A stretch of DNA of 57,489 nucleotides, filler included, from Trypethelium eluteriae (taxonomy: Eukaryota), in NCBI GenBank assembly GCA_051942245.1. It is 2 parts of 2 records of this genome, joined end to end, with 100 filler letters (N's around TTAATTAATTAA, not from the genome) between each part and the next. Parts side by side here need not be neighbours in the genome. Positions count along the whole stretch, not along the records: positions 28,802 to 57,489 come from JAVECL010000305.1; 1 more part is not named here. The stretch is one strand, 5' to 3'. Shown here piece by piece: positions 45,741 through 57,489 of this stretch (positions within the stretch are counted from its first letter, which is position 1; every line of letters starts with the position of its first letter). The notes beneath the pieces were generated by a model, which had not been told where the DNA came from, made no database searches, and was given only the letters and a program-made list of their open reading frames with translations. The position numbers and the translations under genes were made by a program.

Positions 45741-47870
45741 TTATGGATCTGCCGCATTCTGTCGCCGATGACCCAATATCCGGTCCAAAAATCGCTTCTT
45801 TGATGGAGGCTGCACCTCCCCATCAGGTGAAGATCCTTCCTGGTCCAGACCACTCGTGTTCCTTGTACCTCCGATGACCTTACCCTTGACGCGCTGATCC
45901 AACTAATACCATCGTCAGTAAAACAATTCTGATTCAACACGCTAAATGACTTACCTCATCCAATTTATAATCTTTCATCACCAAACTCAACGGAATCAAC
46001 GGCGCACACACACAAACCGCCACAATCAAAATCGTCGTCATCGTCTCCTGATACGCACGATCAATCGCCGCCCTCGTCGGACTCCCCACAGGATACATTC
46101 CACTCGCAACCTCAACACTCCCAAAGATGGCAGCCGCCTGTCCCTTCGTCTCGTCCGGCAGGTACGCCGCGAGCTTTTTTGGCACGTTCGCGGTCCAGAT
46201 AGCGCCAGAGATGGCGGTGCCGACCGCGCCGCCGATCTCGAGGATGGTGAGGAAGACGGCGGTGGCGGCGGCGACGCGCTGGTGCGAGACGGAGGCTTGC
46301 ACGCCCAGCTGGGCGGGCACGTTGAGCATGCCGCCGCCGATGCCGACAGCGATTTGGCAGCCGACGAGGACGCCGGTGGAGACGCCTTGTGTGCGGTAGC
46401 GGATCATCAGGCCGATGCCCATGAGGTAGATTGCGGAGCCGAGGGTGATGAAGTATTTGTAGTGGCGGGTGTACTTGATGAGGATGGAGACTATGATGGA
46501 AGTGACGGTGGAGGTGAAGGTGAAGGTTTGCGTGATGTGCCCTGCTGCGGTGATGGATTGATTTTGGACGATTAGCAGGTAGGAGTAGAAGTAAGGGTAG
46601 ACGGAGAGGTAGAAGGCCACTGTGATTGGTTGATTAGTATTTGGGGGATGAGAGGAGGGCGAACGAGACTAACTGAAGTAGAAGAAGGCAATAGAATATC
46701 CAGCAAGAACGGTGCGATTTCTGAAGACATCCGGTGGGAACAAGGCGTGAGGAGCGAGTCTCTTGCTACGTTCCCAGAACGGGAAGCAGACGAGGAAAAT
46801 GCCTCCAATGACAATCATGGCGATCATGCTAGCATTCTTCCAGCCACCTTTGGCAAGAGAGGCAAGGGTCAATGGGAGAAGAATTAAGCAGATGGCGGCT
46901 GACAGCAACACAACGCCAAAAAAGTCAAGATCAAACCACAGGTTCTTGAGCGATGCAAAAGCACTTTGACGAGTCAAGACTCTCTTTGGTAACGGATAGA
47001 GCTTTGCTGCCTTGCGCTGATTCAGAAACAGCGTCAATGCCAAAGGCAAGAAAGCGACTGGGAGCACAATGGCCCAAATACCATAGCCCCATCTCCAGCT
47101 GGCATGTTTGATGAGGCTCTCGGCGATTGGTGGTCCAGCCCATACCGTGGCGAGGAAAGGGATGTCAGGGATGGTTGCGAATAGCGCACGATTGAGCAGG
47201 TCGCTCGTGTCAGCAATAAAGATCTGTTGGAGAATCTGCAGACCAGTCCAACCGGCGGAATAAAAGATTTGGGCGGCAGCAAAGGTTTTGACGTTGTTCG
47301 AGGCGGCTTGCTGAATGTAACCGATCACATAGACGAAGACAGATATGGAGAAAGCTTCGTATCGTCCAAAGACGTCGGCAATCTTGGCCATAACAGGTTT
47401 GATGACAGCTTGAGTGAAATTAGATTTTATATCGGAAGAAACGAGGAATCACTGACCTTGAATTACACTCTGAACAACAGCCACCGTGGCGACCAGGGAG
47501 TGCTCGCTGAAAGCGCTCGTCGCATAGACAGTAAGATTAGTTGTCGTCTGTTGCTCGAGGGATGTTGTAAAGGCCATCAGATAAAGTCTATATTATATCG
47601 TGTCACATTCTCAGGGTCTTAAGGGGATCTCGAATAGAAGCATGTCAATAGTAACAAAACATACCCTAAATAAGCAAAGGTTAACGATGCAGTCGTCCAT
47701 GTCGAGCTGATGGCTTCTATTCTCTTGACACCAGCTTGCGTCTCGTTCGAGCTCTCTGAATTTTCGGATCGTACATCTTCGTCCGGAACTTTGCCATTGG
47801 TCTTCACCGGGGAGAGATAGCCCGGTGTAGCCACCTCCTCAGCTCCAGGAGGGTCCTGCGAGGAGGACAT
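45741..47870 (-). CDS. Siderophore-iron MFS transporter (SIT/ARN/MirB-like family)
   Basis: TQAGVKRIEAISSTWT, KPVMAKIADVFGRYEAF, QIFIADTSDLLNRALF, WRWGYGIWAIVLP, AQLGVQASVSHQRVA and RAAIDRAYQETM. Several introns. ATG 47870, TAA 45743-45741. Confidence 0.93.
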
Positions 47871-47986
47871 GGTGTTGTAATTGAGCTGATTCCGCGTCTC
47901 GAGTGATTTCTGCATACAAATGCGCAGGAAAGTCTGCTCGAAGAGCATTGAGAGGGTGGAGCAGCAAAAGATGGAAGACGAAGGAT

Positions 47987-47999
47987 CTTATCAGATAAG
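47987..47999. promoter_or_regulatory. SreA-type iron-repression GATA site (ATCWGATAA within palindromic CTTATCAGATAAG)
   Basis: Exact ATCAGATAA about 120 bp upstream of a siderophore transporter ATG. Confidence 0.75.
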
Positions 48000-48257
48000 C
48001 AGATTAGATTTTGCCTTGAGTGCGACTTTGTCCCGAGAGAAATCTTCGCGTCTTGGGGCTGGCGAATCAGGGCGGGTGTCCGGCATCGGAGGATGCGTCT
48101 CATCGTCATCGTCATAACCTTCATCCCTGGGCGGCAATGTCGAACGGCGAGATGTGATTGCTTTTCCAGAGAGCTGCTTACTTGCTTTGAAGGGGAGAAG
48201 AGCTTCCAGAACGAGGCTGGCCTCACCGCATCATATCCAACAATGGTTATCTTCCCG

Positions 48258-48266
48258 TTATCTGAT
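48258..48266 (-). promoter_or_regulatory. Second SreA-type site (ATCAGATAA on the minus strand)
   Basis: TTATCTGAT at 48258-48266 in the same promoter. Confidence 0.65.
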
Positions 48267-48702
48267 GATCAATGACATCCCTTTACCCACCAGCGCGGAT
48301 GGTCGCCCTGGCTTCCGTGGGATTTCTCAGGCCAATCGACACATGATTGGATGAGTATCACGCCTTTTAACATGGCGTGACAGGGTTGAAGGAGAAATTG
48401 GCTTGGCTCTTCCGATGCCGGAGTAGCATTGAACTCTACGGAGTACATCACCATATGTTACATTAACAATACATAATGTTCGTACATACATGTACGCGTA
48501 CATACCTATATGACTACATGCAAGCGTTCATCACGTGTTCTAGTTATGAGTGGATATCTTTACGAAAGCATAGAAATAATCTAATTAAGTTATCTGGAGT
48601 TGGGTTTTCAATGCTTCACCGAGTTTGCTCCGTAGATTCGAAGCCTAAGTCATCGTTGTGACTTCACTTTGCGAATTTTCACCGAACTGTGTGTTCATCT
48701 TC

Positions 48703-49795
48703 TCATCTTGGTCGTCTATTCTTTAAGGCCTGCCTCAACTTTCTCTCCTCTTTCATTATTTTTTTGGCCTGTGCAGTACTGGGCGAGAGCTGCTGCTCCT
48801 CTGCAATTTTCCTGTCTAGCGCATTCTCAGAAACATTGTCCAGCACGAAGTTGCCCAGGTGCCCCGTACGCCATCTCTGAATCATCCATAACGCAGAAGC
48901 TTCCGTATCTGGTAACCCTCCTTTTTGTAGTCGACCTGTCTTGTGCGCAATGGCCTCGAGAAGCGCCATAACCTCGTTTGTCGGCTGGTGGTACTCTTCG
49001 TAAAGCTGGGGAGAAACTTGATTTATACGGAAGAGAAGATAATCCGCAAGTGTGGTTGGCGCAATGACTGTATCCTTCACGCTACCACATAGCGCCAGTT
49101 TTAGCATTGCTTCCGCATCGGGAACATATGGCACAAAGACTCCAGGTGTATCAATGAGGTATACTCCTTCAGTATGTTGATTACCCTCCACTATCTTGAC
49201 GCCACTTGAAATGCTGCGTGTAATTCCTGGCTGGGCACCTGTTTGCGCTGCTTTGCCTTTGCCAACGCCTTCTCTACGAAGTGCATTTAACAGGGTAGAT
49301 TTCCCGACGTTTGGCATACCGATAACCATCATGCGGGAGCCAGTGAAGGACTCGGCGGAAAAGGCATGTTTTTTGGCAAATCTGAGGATGGTCCTTACGT
49401 CGCCATACGACTTGTCTGAGGAGAAGAGAACGGGAGACGGATGATGCCAGATACGAATGATTTGCTCTCGCTAATTTGCGATTCGACTATTAGCCAGAAT
49501 AAACCCTAGTACAATGACAATACAGTCTACGCACCTGACTATCCGCCCTCGTTTTCTGTTGTCCTAGATCCCGCTTCGTATACACTATGACCCGCTGCTT
49601 TCCACCTAGGCTTTCCTCAAACATTGGATTGCGGGACGTCAAGGGTACCCTATAGTCTCGACATTCCAATATAAGATCAATCTGGGATAACATAAGCTTC
49701 ATCCGGTTGAGTCCAGCACGGTGGTGACCAAGAAAGTAGGACCGCGGCAACGAGTCCAGCGTGGGAAACGTTGCTCGCGGCACGAATGCTGCCAT
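48703..49795 (-). CDS. MTG1: Mitochondrial ribosome-associated GTPase 1 (RbgA/YlqF family)
   Basis: YFLGHHRAGL..IDLILECRDYRVPLTSRNP..YTKRDL, intron ~49532-49471, then VIGMPNVGKSTLLN, GAQPGITR and LIDTPGV. Confidence 0.92.
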
Positions 49796-50976
49796 TGCGC
49801 TTATAGAGAAGGGAATCTGCTGCCATGCTGGCTAATGGATCGCTCTCTTGTGAAGCGAGAGGCTTGTCATTGCCGCTGAGAAATAGAGTAGAAGCAAGAA
49901 GTTGAGCTTCCGAGGTCACTATGGCAGAAATTTGAAGGCGGTGAAGTCCCCTGTCAAGGACTTGAACTAACTTGAAGTCATTCCAACCTTACCTAGTATG
50001 AACCTAAGTGGAAGTTTAACCAAGAAGCCGATCAAAAGACAGAAGCATCGTGATCTCAGTTCTCTTGAATTAATTCTGCTATCAATTGCGGGCAAATGAG
50101 TTTCTGTAGTCTGCTAACTCAACCATAGTCAAAGAAGGTCCGACAGTGGATAGATTTAGTTAAGCCATAAATGGCATTATTGGTCTCGGCGTAAAGCATT
50201 AGCTACTGTAGAATCTATGATTACGTATATTGTTAATAAAGTACGTACGCACTACTCGTCGGCGTGGCCATTTTCATCGGCGTGCCCAATATTGGTGAGC
50301 TGCGAGACCAGGGGTTCGGTCAATCTATTAGTAGTATGTCTTTATGACCGACAAGCTTAGAGATACTTGTGTTCTTCGTACACTTGTGGCATGAAATTCT
50401 CACGGCGATGATGCCTATGCTCACCATTGCCATATCCTTCTCTTCGAATGCGAACCGATTGGTGCATGTGCGCACCTCATTGCTTCAAAAAGCGAAGTGA
50501 TGAAAGCTCGCCTGGATGATTACACTGCCAAACACGAGGATTGCAGTATTTGGAGTCTTTGAAATTTTCTCCAGGCAAGTATTGGACGCCATAGGCCACC
50601 AGATTCTTTCACTTCCTCAACCTCACAAACCAGTTGTCGAAGTTACGCAAGCTTCCAAAGCGAGCGCCAGGCATGTTGGTATCACATCCACAATGTCTTT
50701 GAGTCCACTGTGACCATCGTCAAACTCATCCTCTCAGGAATGGAGAGGGGTTCTGCTATCCAGTCACCGCCCTTACCTGATTGCTAACCGACTTGTCGGC
50801 AATGGAGTAATGGTGCGAACAACAGACTTCTCCACAATGTCGACGAAGACGCGTGTAAAGACGCGTGAGGACCGGGAATGGATGGAAGGAGATGCTCAAG
50901 TAGGCCGGCGAGTGCTCCCTGACTGACAGCAACTGGCATCGCGATGTAAGGAGCAGTATACGGGAGAGGCTGAGAT

Positions 50977-51831
50977 TCAACCGCTACCGTCGGAGTGGCT
51001 GCTTTCGGAACTGTCGCTGGCGTGGCCATTTCCATTGGCAAGTTCTCCGTCGTCACTAGATGATCTCCCATTCTGTACTTCCTCCACATCGCTGTCGCCA
51101 CCTTCGCCCTCCTCGTCTCTGTCCAACTCTTCTAGTTCTTCGCCCAATGGACTCACGTACTCTTCAAGCATATCAAGGTCTTGTAGCATTCCTCTATCAG
51201 GCAATTTCCACAAAGTCGTTGCGCAAACTCGGTCCCGCGTCAGTAGACGATCAATGAACTCGTCCATAAAAGTCAGGTCCACACCGTCCCTCTTTCTCTG
51301 TCTGAGTCTACTCCGATCCTCGAGCAAAGGCTCCAACGTCTTGAAAATGTCCACTGGCTCCCACGTTAACCGTATGTAGAACGCTGCCAAAGCCCTTAAA
51401 TACTTGAACTCCGCTCGAATCGTCTTCTGCCTTCTCGCATGATCCACTTCTCCACCGTCCAGCTGCTCCAGCCCATCTCCCTCGGCATCATCTTCTGCCT
51501 TTCTATCAAACACTTCGCTCCCCCAATTTAAGTATGCCTCCACCACCTCCTTGTCCGGAGTCAGCTGCAGCATCTTAAACGCCAAACACAAAAATGGCGT
51601 TGGCTTCTGCGCAACTCCATAGGTTCCGCCAATGAAGGTGAGCTCGACTGCGCGGTCGCAAAGGGTTGCGGCGTTGAGTCCGAAGCATTGCTCTTTCCAG
51701 TAGTAAGACTCGGTAATGCGGTCGCGTACGGCCTTTTCGAAGAGTAGGGCTGGATTCTGACCGCGGATTAGGGTGCCAGTATAGCCGCGATCATCGAGCA
51801 TACGTTTAGCATCGGCTTGGTGGGCGGCCAT
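50977..51831 (-). CDS. PRP38: Pre-mRNA splicing factor Prp38
   Basis: IRGQNPALLFEKAVRDRITESYYWKEQCFGLNAATLCDRA..KPTPFLCLAFKMLQL..FKYLRALAAFYIRL..RVCATTLWKL, with an acidic tail. Confidence 0.95.
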   Translation of the reverse strand: MAAHQADAKRMLDDRGYTGTLIRGQNPALLFEKAVRDRITESYYWKEQCFGLNAATLCDRAVELTFIGGTYGVAQKPTPFLCLAFKMLQLTPDKEVVEAYLNWGSEVFDRKAEDDAEGDGLEQLDGGEVDHARRQKTIRAEFKYLRALAAFYIRLTWEPVDIFKTLEPLLEDRSRLRQRKRDGVDLTFMDEFIDRLLTRDRVCATTLWKLPDRGMLQDLDMLEEYVSPLGEELEELDRDEEGEGGDSDVEEVQNGRSSSDDGELANGNGHASDSSESSHSDGSG

Positions 51832-52159
51832 GGTGGATGGAGGAGTGTAGGCGGGAATAGAGGGCAAGGGGATGCGAAGAGGAACGCCGTTGGACGGCGC
51901 AAGAGTTCGGAGAGATAGACGGAAGGGTTTTTAGACCACAAGCCGCAGTCGATTTTGCTTGCGTTCTCAAGCTTCACATTTGTGATGAGGATGGATGATG
52001 CCTGATGAAGTCGCAAAAAAGTTTTATCGATAAGGATGTTGCTGCAGCGACAAGTTAGTATACAACGCGACGTCACCGGTTTACGCGACCACTCATTAAA
52101 CGAGTCGACGTTACCCCATCTTCAATCCTGATGACTGCTGGCATACGGGGATTGCAAAG

Positions 52160-53395
52160 ATGCTGCTCACCAGTGCTCAAGTGTCTATGTTTGCATCGTC
52201 TGGCGTGGGTGAGACTTTTCCCAACAGTTGCCGACCGGACCAATATGCTGACTTTCAGTAGTATTCATCTTCACCTTGGCGCTATTTTTCTCAGGCTACG
52301 TAATACAGCAGCGGACAGTCTCAAGCATCCAAGAAGCTATCAAGCCTCGAACTCCTGCGCCGCCTCCTTCTTCTTCCCCTCAAGAAGTCCTTATCGAACC
52401 TCTACAACCGTCCCGAGCTTTCGGTAGCGCATTAGGCTCAGCTGGTCAAAGAGCACTCAAGCTATACAAGTCCGGATCGCCAGAGGCAAAACCAATTGAT
52501 TGGAAGAAGCTTGCACATGTACAATTAGTCAAAGATCATGACGAGGTGTGCAGTGCTATCATGCTATTTGCGGAATTGCATGCGCAGAAGAGTCCAGCGA
52601 CAAAAGTCTTGATGTTTCCAAAATCTTGGGCAGTGGATGGAAGAGGAGAAATCCTTGATCCGTATTTAATGAGCAGTAAGAGACTGATGAGAGCTGCGGC
52701 AAGGAGATATCAGGTTGTATTGAGGCCGATGGTTACATTCGTGGACGGAGCGGATGGTATATGGCGAGCACCAGAAACTTCAGTAGCTCTTTTGCTGACG
52801 GAATGTGACAGATTCAAGTCGAGAGTCATACTCGCTTGCAAGTCTTTTCTCGTTGACGGAGTATGAACGGATCATGTACCTCGAGCCTCCAGGTCACATA
52901 TTCGACGCCACCGTCATGGCTTCGGTTCTCGCCTTCTCGCCACAAGCTCCATTGATGAGCTTACAGTCGAGAGACTCGCCGAATGACAGATCGTCGGAGA
53001 TGCTGCTGGTTACTCCCTCTGCGTCACAATATCGTCAGCTTTCAAAACGGAATGCGAAACACCCAGAGACCGACATCGATCTTCTTCAAAATTCCTTTCC
53101 ATACGCCCAAGATTCTCATATACTTGCACAAGCGGATTCCTTACCACATACATCGGATTTAAGGGCCGCATCGGAAGAGTTTAATGCAACGGAATTCCTA
53201 GACGGAACGGCATATATCCGCGTTGTGGATTCGGAGCTCGCAGGTCCACAGTATGATGTACCTTACCCTGAACGAGTTGCTGCACGACCAAGAGTTGCAG
53301 ACGCGGAAGCAATCTGGTCGAGGGTATACGACGGTTTTCGCCTTGGGAGAATGAGCATCTGCGGATTGGACTTGGAGCCTCTAAGAAAAGATTAA
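52160..53395 (+). CDS. Glycosyltransferase family 8-like (GNT1-like) type II membrane protein
   Basis: MLLTSAQVSMFASSGV/VFIFTLALFFSGYVIQQ anchor; LAHVQLVKDHDEVCSAIMLFAEL..SPATKVLMFPKSW; LFSLTEYERIMYL. Two introns (~52209-52258, ~52757-52811). Confidence 0.7.
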
Positions 53396-53924
53396 TGACC
53401 TGGAAATGATTTTCGATTCGGCATAATTCAATGGCTGCTGTAACATAGATGGGGCTTAGCTGGCGTGAGGATATTTTGTCATGTGCCTGGATTTTGTGGA
53501 CTGTACAGTAAATTGCCTCCAGCGTGGCCTGGGATTCTAGAGTACGACCATAAGAGGAGTTGTCTTCAATGTAGAATAATACAGATACCCCAATCTCAGA
53601 AGAGTAAAGCCGTCTTGAAGGTTGGCCGTCAATAGACAAAGAATCCGACTTCAACCAATTCCGTCAAATTTTACAAGACAGGAAACACTTTTTCTTCCTC
53701 CTGCGATAGGCGATTATTGGGAGACGGTACTGCAAAAATAGTATGAAGTCGAGGTCTAACTGGATCTTGGTGGTAATGAAGTAATATGGCTCGATTCGAA
53801 GCACCTCAAATGGACAGATAGCCTTTTTCTTTTCACCAGATATACAAGTTGGCTGCCCTCGGTTGGGTGTGGCAAATGCATGATGCCTCTGAATATTTGT
53901 ACCAAGGCGCAAGCAATACATAAC

Positions 53925-55862
53925 TTATGCGTCCGTTATGCATCCGTGACTCGCGTCGCGCACCATCCTCGCATACTTGGCCAGAGTCCCTTTCTGATAC
54001 TTTAGCGGTGGTTCCCTCCAGTCATTCCTTCTCGCCTTCAAATCCGCATCGCTCACCCCCACGAGGTTGATCTCCCTCTTTTCGGCATCAATCACAACTT
54101 CATCTCCATCGCGGACTAGAGCAATCGGTCCTCCTTCTTGTGCCTCTGGTACCACATGTCCGATCAAGAATCCATGGCTTCCGCCACTAAATCTGCCATC
54201 TGTCACCAACGCAACATCGTTCCCTAGGCCAGCACCCATGATCGCCGAACTTGGCTTCAACATCTCAGGCATGCCTGGTCCTCCTTTTGGTCCTTCATAC
54301 CGAATAATGACAACCACCTTCTCGCCTTTGCTGAAAGTGCCCGCTTCCAACGCAGCGACGAAATCATCCTCAGCGTCGAAACAACGTGCCTTGCCCGCGA
54401 ATCGGATCCCTTCTTTCCCTGTGATCTTGCCAACACAACCCTTGGGCGCGAGCGAGCCACGCAGAATCTGTATGTGTCCTGTCTCCTTAATAGGCTTGTT
54501 GAATGGCCGAATGATCTCCTGATCGGAAGGAAAATCAGACGCATCCTTCACGTTCTCCGCGAGCGTCTTGCCTGTAACAGTCATCCCGCTTCCGTCCAGC
54601 ACGCCTTCCTTCAGGAGGAACTTGACGAGCGAGGGCGTGCCACCAATAGTATGGAGGTCTGTGAACACGTATTTCCCGGAGGGCTTGAGATCAGCGAGGA
54701 AAGGAGTGCGATCGCTCACACGCTGGAAGTCGTCAATAGTGAGTTTTATACCGACCGAGTCGGCGATGGCGATGAGGTGCAACACCGCATTGGTAGAGCC
54801 TCCTGTAATGTTCACGAGGACCATGGCGTTCTCAAAGGCCTGACGAGTGAGAATGTCACGAGGTCGTATGTCTTCTTTGAGAAGATTGCGAACAGCACCG
54901 CCAGCGGCAAGACACTCGATTTGCTTGACTTTGGACTCCGCAGGGTTTGAAGAAGATCCAGGAAGGCTCATACCCATGACTTCAATTGCGGATGCCATGG
55001 TATTGGCAGTATACATGCCTCCGCAGGCACCTTTGCCAGGGCAGGCGTGTCTGATGATGTCGAAGCGTTGCTCTTCCGTGATATCGCCCGTGATAAATTG
55101 GCCGTATGCTTGGAAGGCAGAGACGATGTCGACTTTAGGATCACTGAGAGTGCTTGCACATCCTGGTGCTATGGAACCCCCATAGACCATCAACGACGGT
55201 AGATTGAACCTTCCCATTGCCATGATGACGCCCGGCATGTTCTTGTCACAACCTGGTATTGAGATGTTTCCGTCGTACCATTGCCCACCCATGACAGTCT
55301 CGATGGAGTCTGCAATGAGATCTCTTGATTGTAACGAATATCGCATGCCTTTGGTTCCCATAGATATTCCATCGCTAACGCCGATCGTATTGAATTGCAT
55401 GCCAACAAGACCTGGAACATGTTAGCCATCTAATCTAAAGCACTCGCAGGACATCGTTGTCCGAACATAGTCCATCTAACCTGCCCTTTGAACGCCCTCC
55501 TTGACCTTATCATTCAGTTGCAGAAGATGCATGTTGCATGGATTTCCCGTGTGCCAAACAGACGAAATGCCAACTTGTGCTTTTCTCATATCTTCGGGTT
55601 GCATCCCAGTAGCGTACAGCATAGCTTGCGATGCGCCTTGGGACTTCGGAATCGTAATATGTCTACTCGTCTTGTTGAGTTCACCAGAGCCCGTTTCCTC
55701 TGTGAAACCTTGATCATCGTTCTTCAGTCTTCTGGATGATGAAAAGGGCCTTGCAGAACGCAGGCTCGTAGCTGCTGGTGCCCTTGACAAAAATCGCCGA
55801 TCTTCTCTCGAAGAGCTCCATGGTATTCTCAATCGCATTGGCGCGATTCTAAGTCCTGTCAT
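53925..55862 (-). CDS. ILV3: Dihydroxy-acid dehydratase, mitochondrial (start 55862 or 55838)
   Basis: [74 protein letters not shown] and [11 protein letters not shown]. Intron ~55479-55411. Confidence 0.97.
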
Positions 55863-56352
55863 CTTCACGCGAAGCCCAAGAATAAGAAAGAACGACGATA
55901 GGTAATTTGCTTGTCCTGCCGCACTCTGCTGAATTGAATGTCGCTATCCGCTCAATCGTATTGGTCGCTCCCGGATTTATGAAGCTAGAACGTGGTTAAG
56001 ATAGCTTCTCTTCCGATTCCTGTAAGCCGATTTGCTGGACTGCTTTAAATTTATTTTGGTAGGTACGACAAAATTCACGTTGGAGTGTATAAGATTTGCA
56101 ACCAGATCACTTCCAATGCCTTCAAGTCTTGGTAATTGCTGTCGTTGATTCGCTACAGCATGTATCAGAGGGTGAGTAGCTTTGCTGGTGAAAATCTTGG
56201 CCGACGTCGGAGTTCGGAACTAATCATCTTTTTACCCGACACTTTCCGTTATCGGCTCCTCCCCGTGCTCCCCTTTTAAGGCTCTCAACACTTTCAAAAT
56301 GAAATCGTTCTCCGCCTCGATAGGGAGTAAGAAAAATATCAAAAAAAAAAAT

Positions 56353-56449
56353 TAGTCTCGCCGTGGGTCGAACACGGGACCTTCTCGGAAGAATGCTCAC
56401 TCCAATAATGAATGTGAACGAGAAATCATAACCACTAGACCACGAGACT
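56353..56449 (-). tRNA. tRNA-Val(CAC) with ~25-nt intron
   Basis: Acceptor stem AGTCTCG/CGAGACT-A, A-box TGGTCTAGTGG, anticodon arm TCTCG-TT-CAC-A[intron]C-CGAGA, T-loop GTTCGAC, and a downstream oligo-T Pol III terminator (56341-56351). Confidence 0.95.
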
Positions 56450-57072
56450 TAGAACTAAAAGTTTTGAAATTTTTGGTTCGCAATATAAATCAATGAACAA
56501 TGCAATGAAAGCGTCCTGCTTATGTACATATAGCATACGTACAGCCCATGTTTGGATCTATGCGAGGTGCGGGCATAATATCCTGCTGTGACTGTTATCT
56601 ATGCGCATCTGCACGGTAGGCCTTGTGAATGTACTCCTTAGGCCCCGCAATTGTGATATTGAAGTACACTGATAGGTAGGCAGTCTAAGCAATACTATGA
56701 TTAGAATAAGGGAGTACCCGCCGTAGTGTTAGTCGAAGAAGCTTATGTAGGTATAAAAGGAAAGCTACAGTGTGACTCTCGGCGCTCTTTCTGAGTTCAT
56801 TCTGTTTTGTTTTTAATCAGAGCTTCTCATAAATCCTCGGTTATGTTGATCGAACTCAAAGGACCGGAAGGCTGACATGGTCCTGATACCGAAGACACTT
56901 ACAACCCAAACGATAATAGAACAAGCCGGAGTAGTACATTAAGTTTCGAGGAATCTATCAGAAGCAGACATTGTGCATCTAGCCCACCTCATGACCCTAC
57001 GCCTCAACCTCGACGCCACCCATGCTGATTAACCCCTCACATCCAGCGCCGAAATAAAGGATACATCACCCA

Positions 57073-57489
57073 TTACTCAACCTTGACAAAAGCTAGAAAC
57101 CCATCAGCATCCACATGCAAAAACACTCCCTCTCTCCGTCCATCGCAAAGGAGAAGAGCAGGGAACAGAACCAACTTACTCGCATCCACCTGCCTCACCT
57201 GCGGCAGCGCCAAGCGGACCTTATTCCGATACAGCGCCGGCTGCCGCCTCTGCAGCGGATTCCCCTCGAAATACACCGTCTCCAGCTCTTGCTTGTCGCC
57301 CAGCTCGCGCGCCACCTCGTCGAAGCTGCTGAGCTGGCAGCTCGACGCCCAGAGCTCCTCGAGGTGCGTGAGCGGGCCGAGACCAGAGAGCGAGGGAATC
57401 GGATTGGAGGAGATGTCGAGGACGCGGAGTGACGGGGTTGGAGTTGCAGGTGTGATGGGGCCTTCGGGGCTGGAAGGGTTGGTGGGTGG
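57073..57489 (-). CDS. SDS22: Protein phosphatase 1 regulatory LRR subunit Sds22, 3' part
   Basis: LRVLDISSNPIPSLSGLGPLTHLEELWASSCQLSSFDEVARELGDKQELETVYFEGNPLQRRQPALYRNKVRLALPQVRQVDA, intron, then TFVKVE*. Confidence 0.9.
   Translation of the reverse strand, partial: PPTNPSSPEGPITPATPTPSLRVLDISSNPIPSLSGLGPLTHLEELWASSCQLSSFDEVARELGDKQELETVYFEGNPLQRRQPALYRNKVRLALPQVRQVDASKLVLFPALLLCDGRREGVFLHVDADGFLAFVKVE

Noticed and set aside
45946..46575. 209-aa plus-strand ORF, and similar antisense ORFs over ILV3, PRP38, SNF2 and the 28.8-31.6 kb gene
   Set aside because: Shadow ORFs caused by the codon bias of the real genes on the opposite strand.

Overview
Filamentous ascomycete genomic DNA (spliceosomal introns and strong RIP; probably a Dothideomycete, but the sequence cannot prove this). 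An artificial 100-bp scaffold spacer (28702-28801) splits the window, so the two halves are not proven neighbours. LEFT, 1-11.1 kb: a dense, lightly RIP-mutated gene block typical of Starship giant-transposon accessory genes: kinase-like, patatin-like phospholipase, DUF3723, two coiled-coil ORFs, a small MADS-box-like gene and a ferric reductase-like gene. No DUF3435 captain recombinase is recognisable. A 17-bp tandem array (about 11.27-11.61 kb) marks the switch to a heavily RIP-mutated, AT-rich block (11.6-28.7 kb). That block holds relic genes (F-box-like, coiled-coil, a ~1,080-codon unknown), a 1.77-kb ORF1-only LINE-like retroelement with a 12-bp TSD and (AAAC)n tail, and a HET/NB-ARC/TPR NLR pseudogene with eleven 126-bp repeats. 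RIGHT: housekeeping genes (hypothetical, CDC42, siderophore MFS transporter with two SreA sites, MTG1, PRP38, GT8-like, ILV3, tRNA-Val(CAC), SDS22). They are interrupted by an apparent accessory island carrying a head-to-head SNF2 helicase / NACHT-C2H2 gene pair, a 185-bp foldback element, a small unknown gene and a methyltransferase pseudogene. All family assignments come from manual translation and motif recognition, not database searches.
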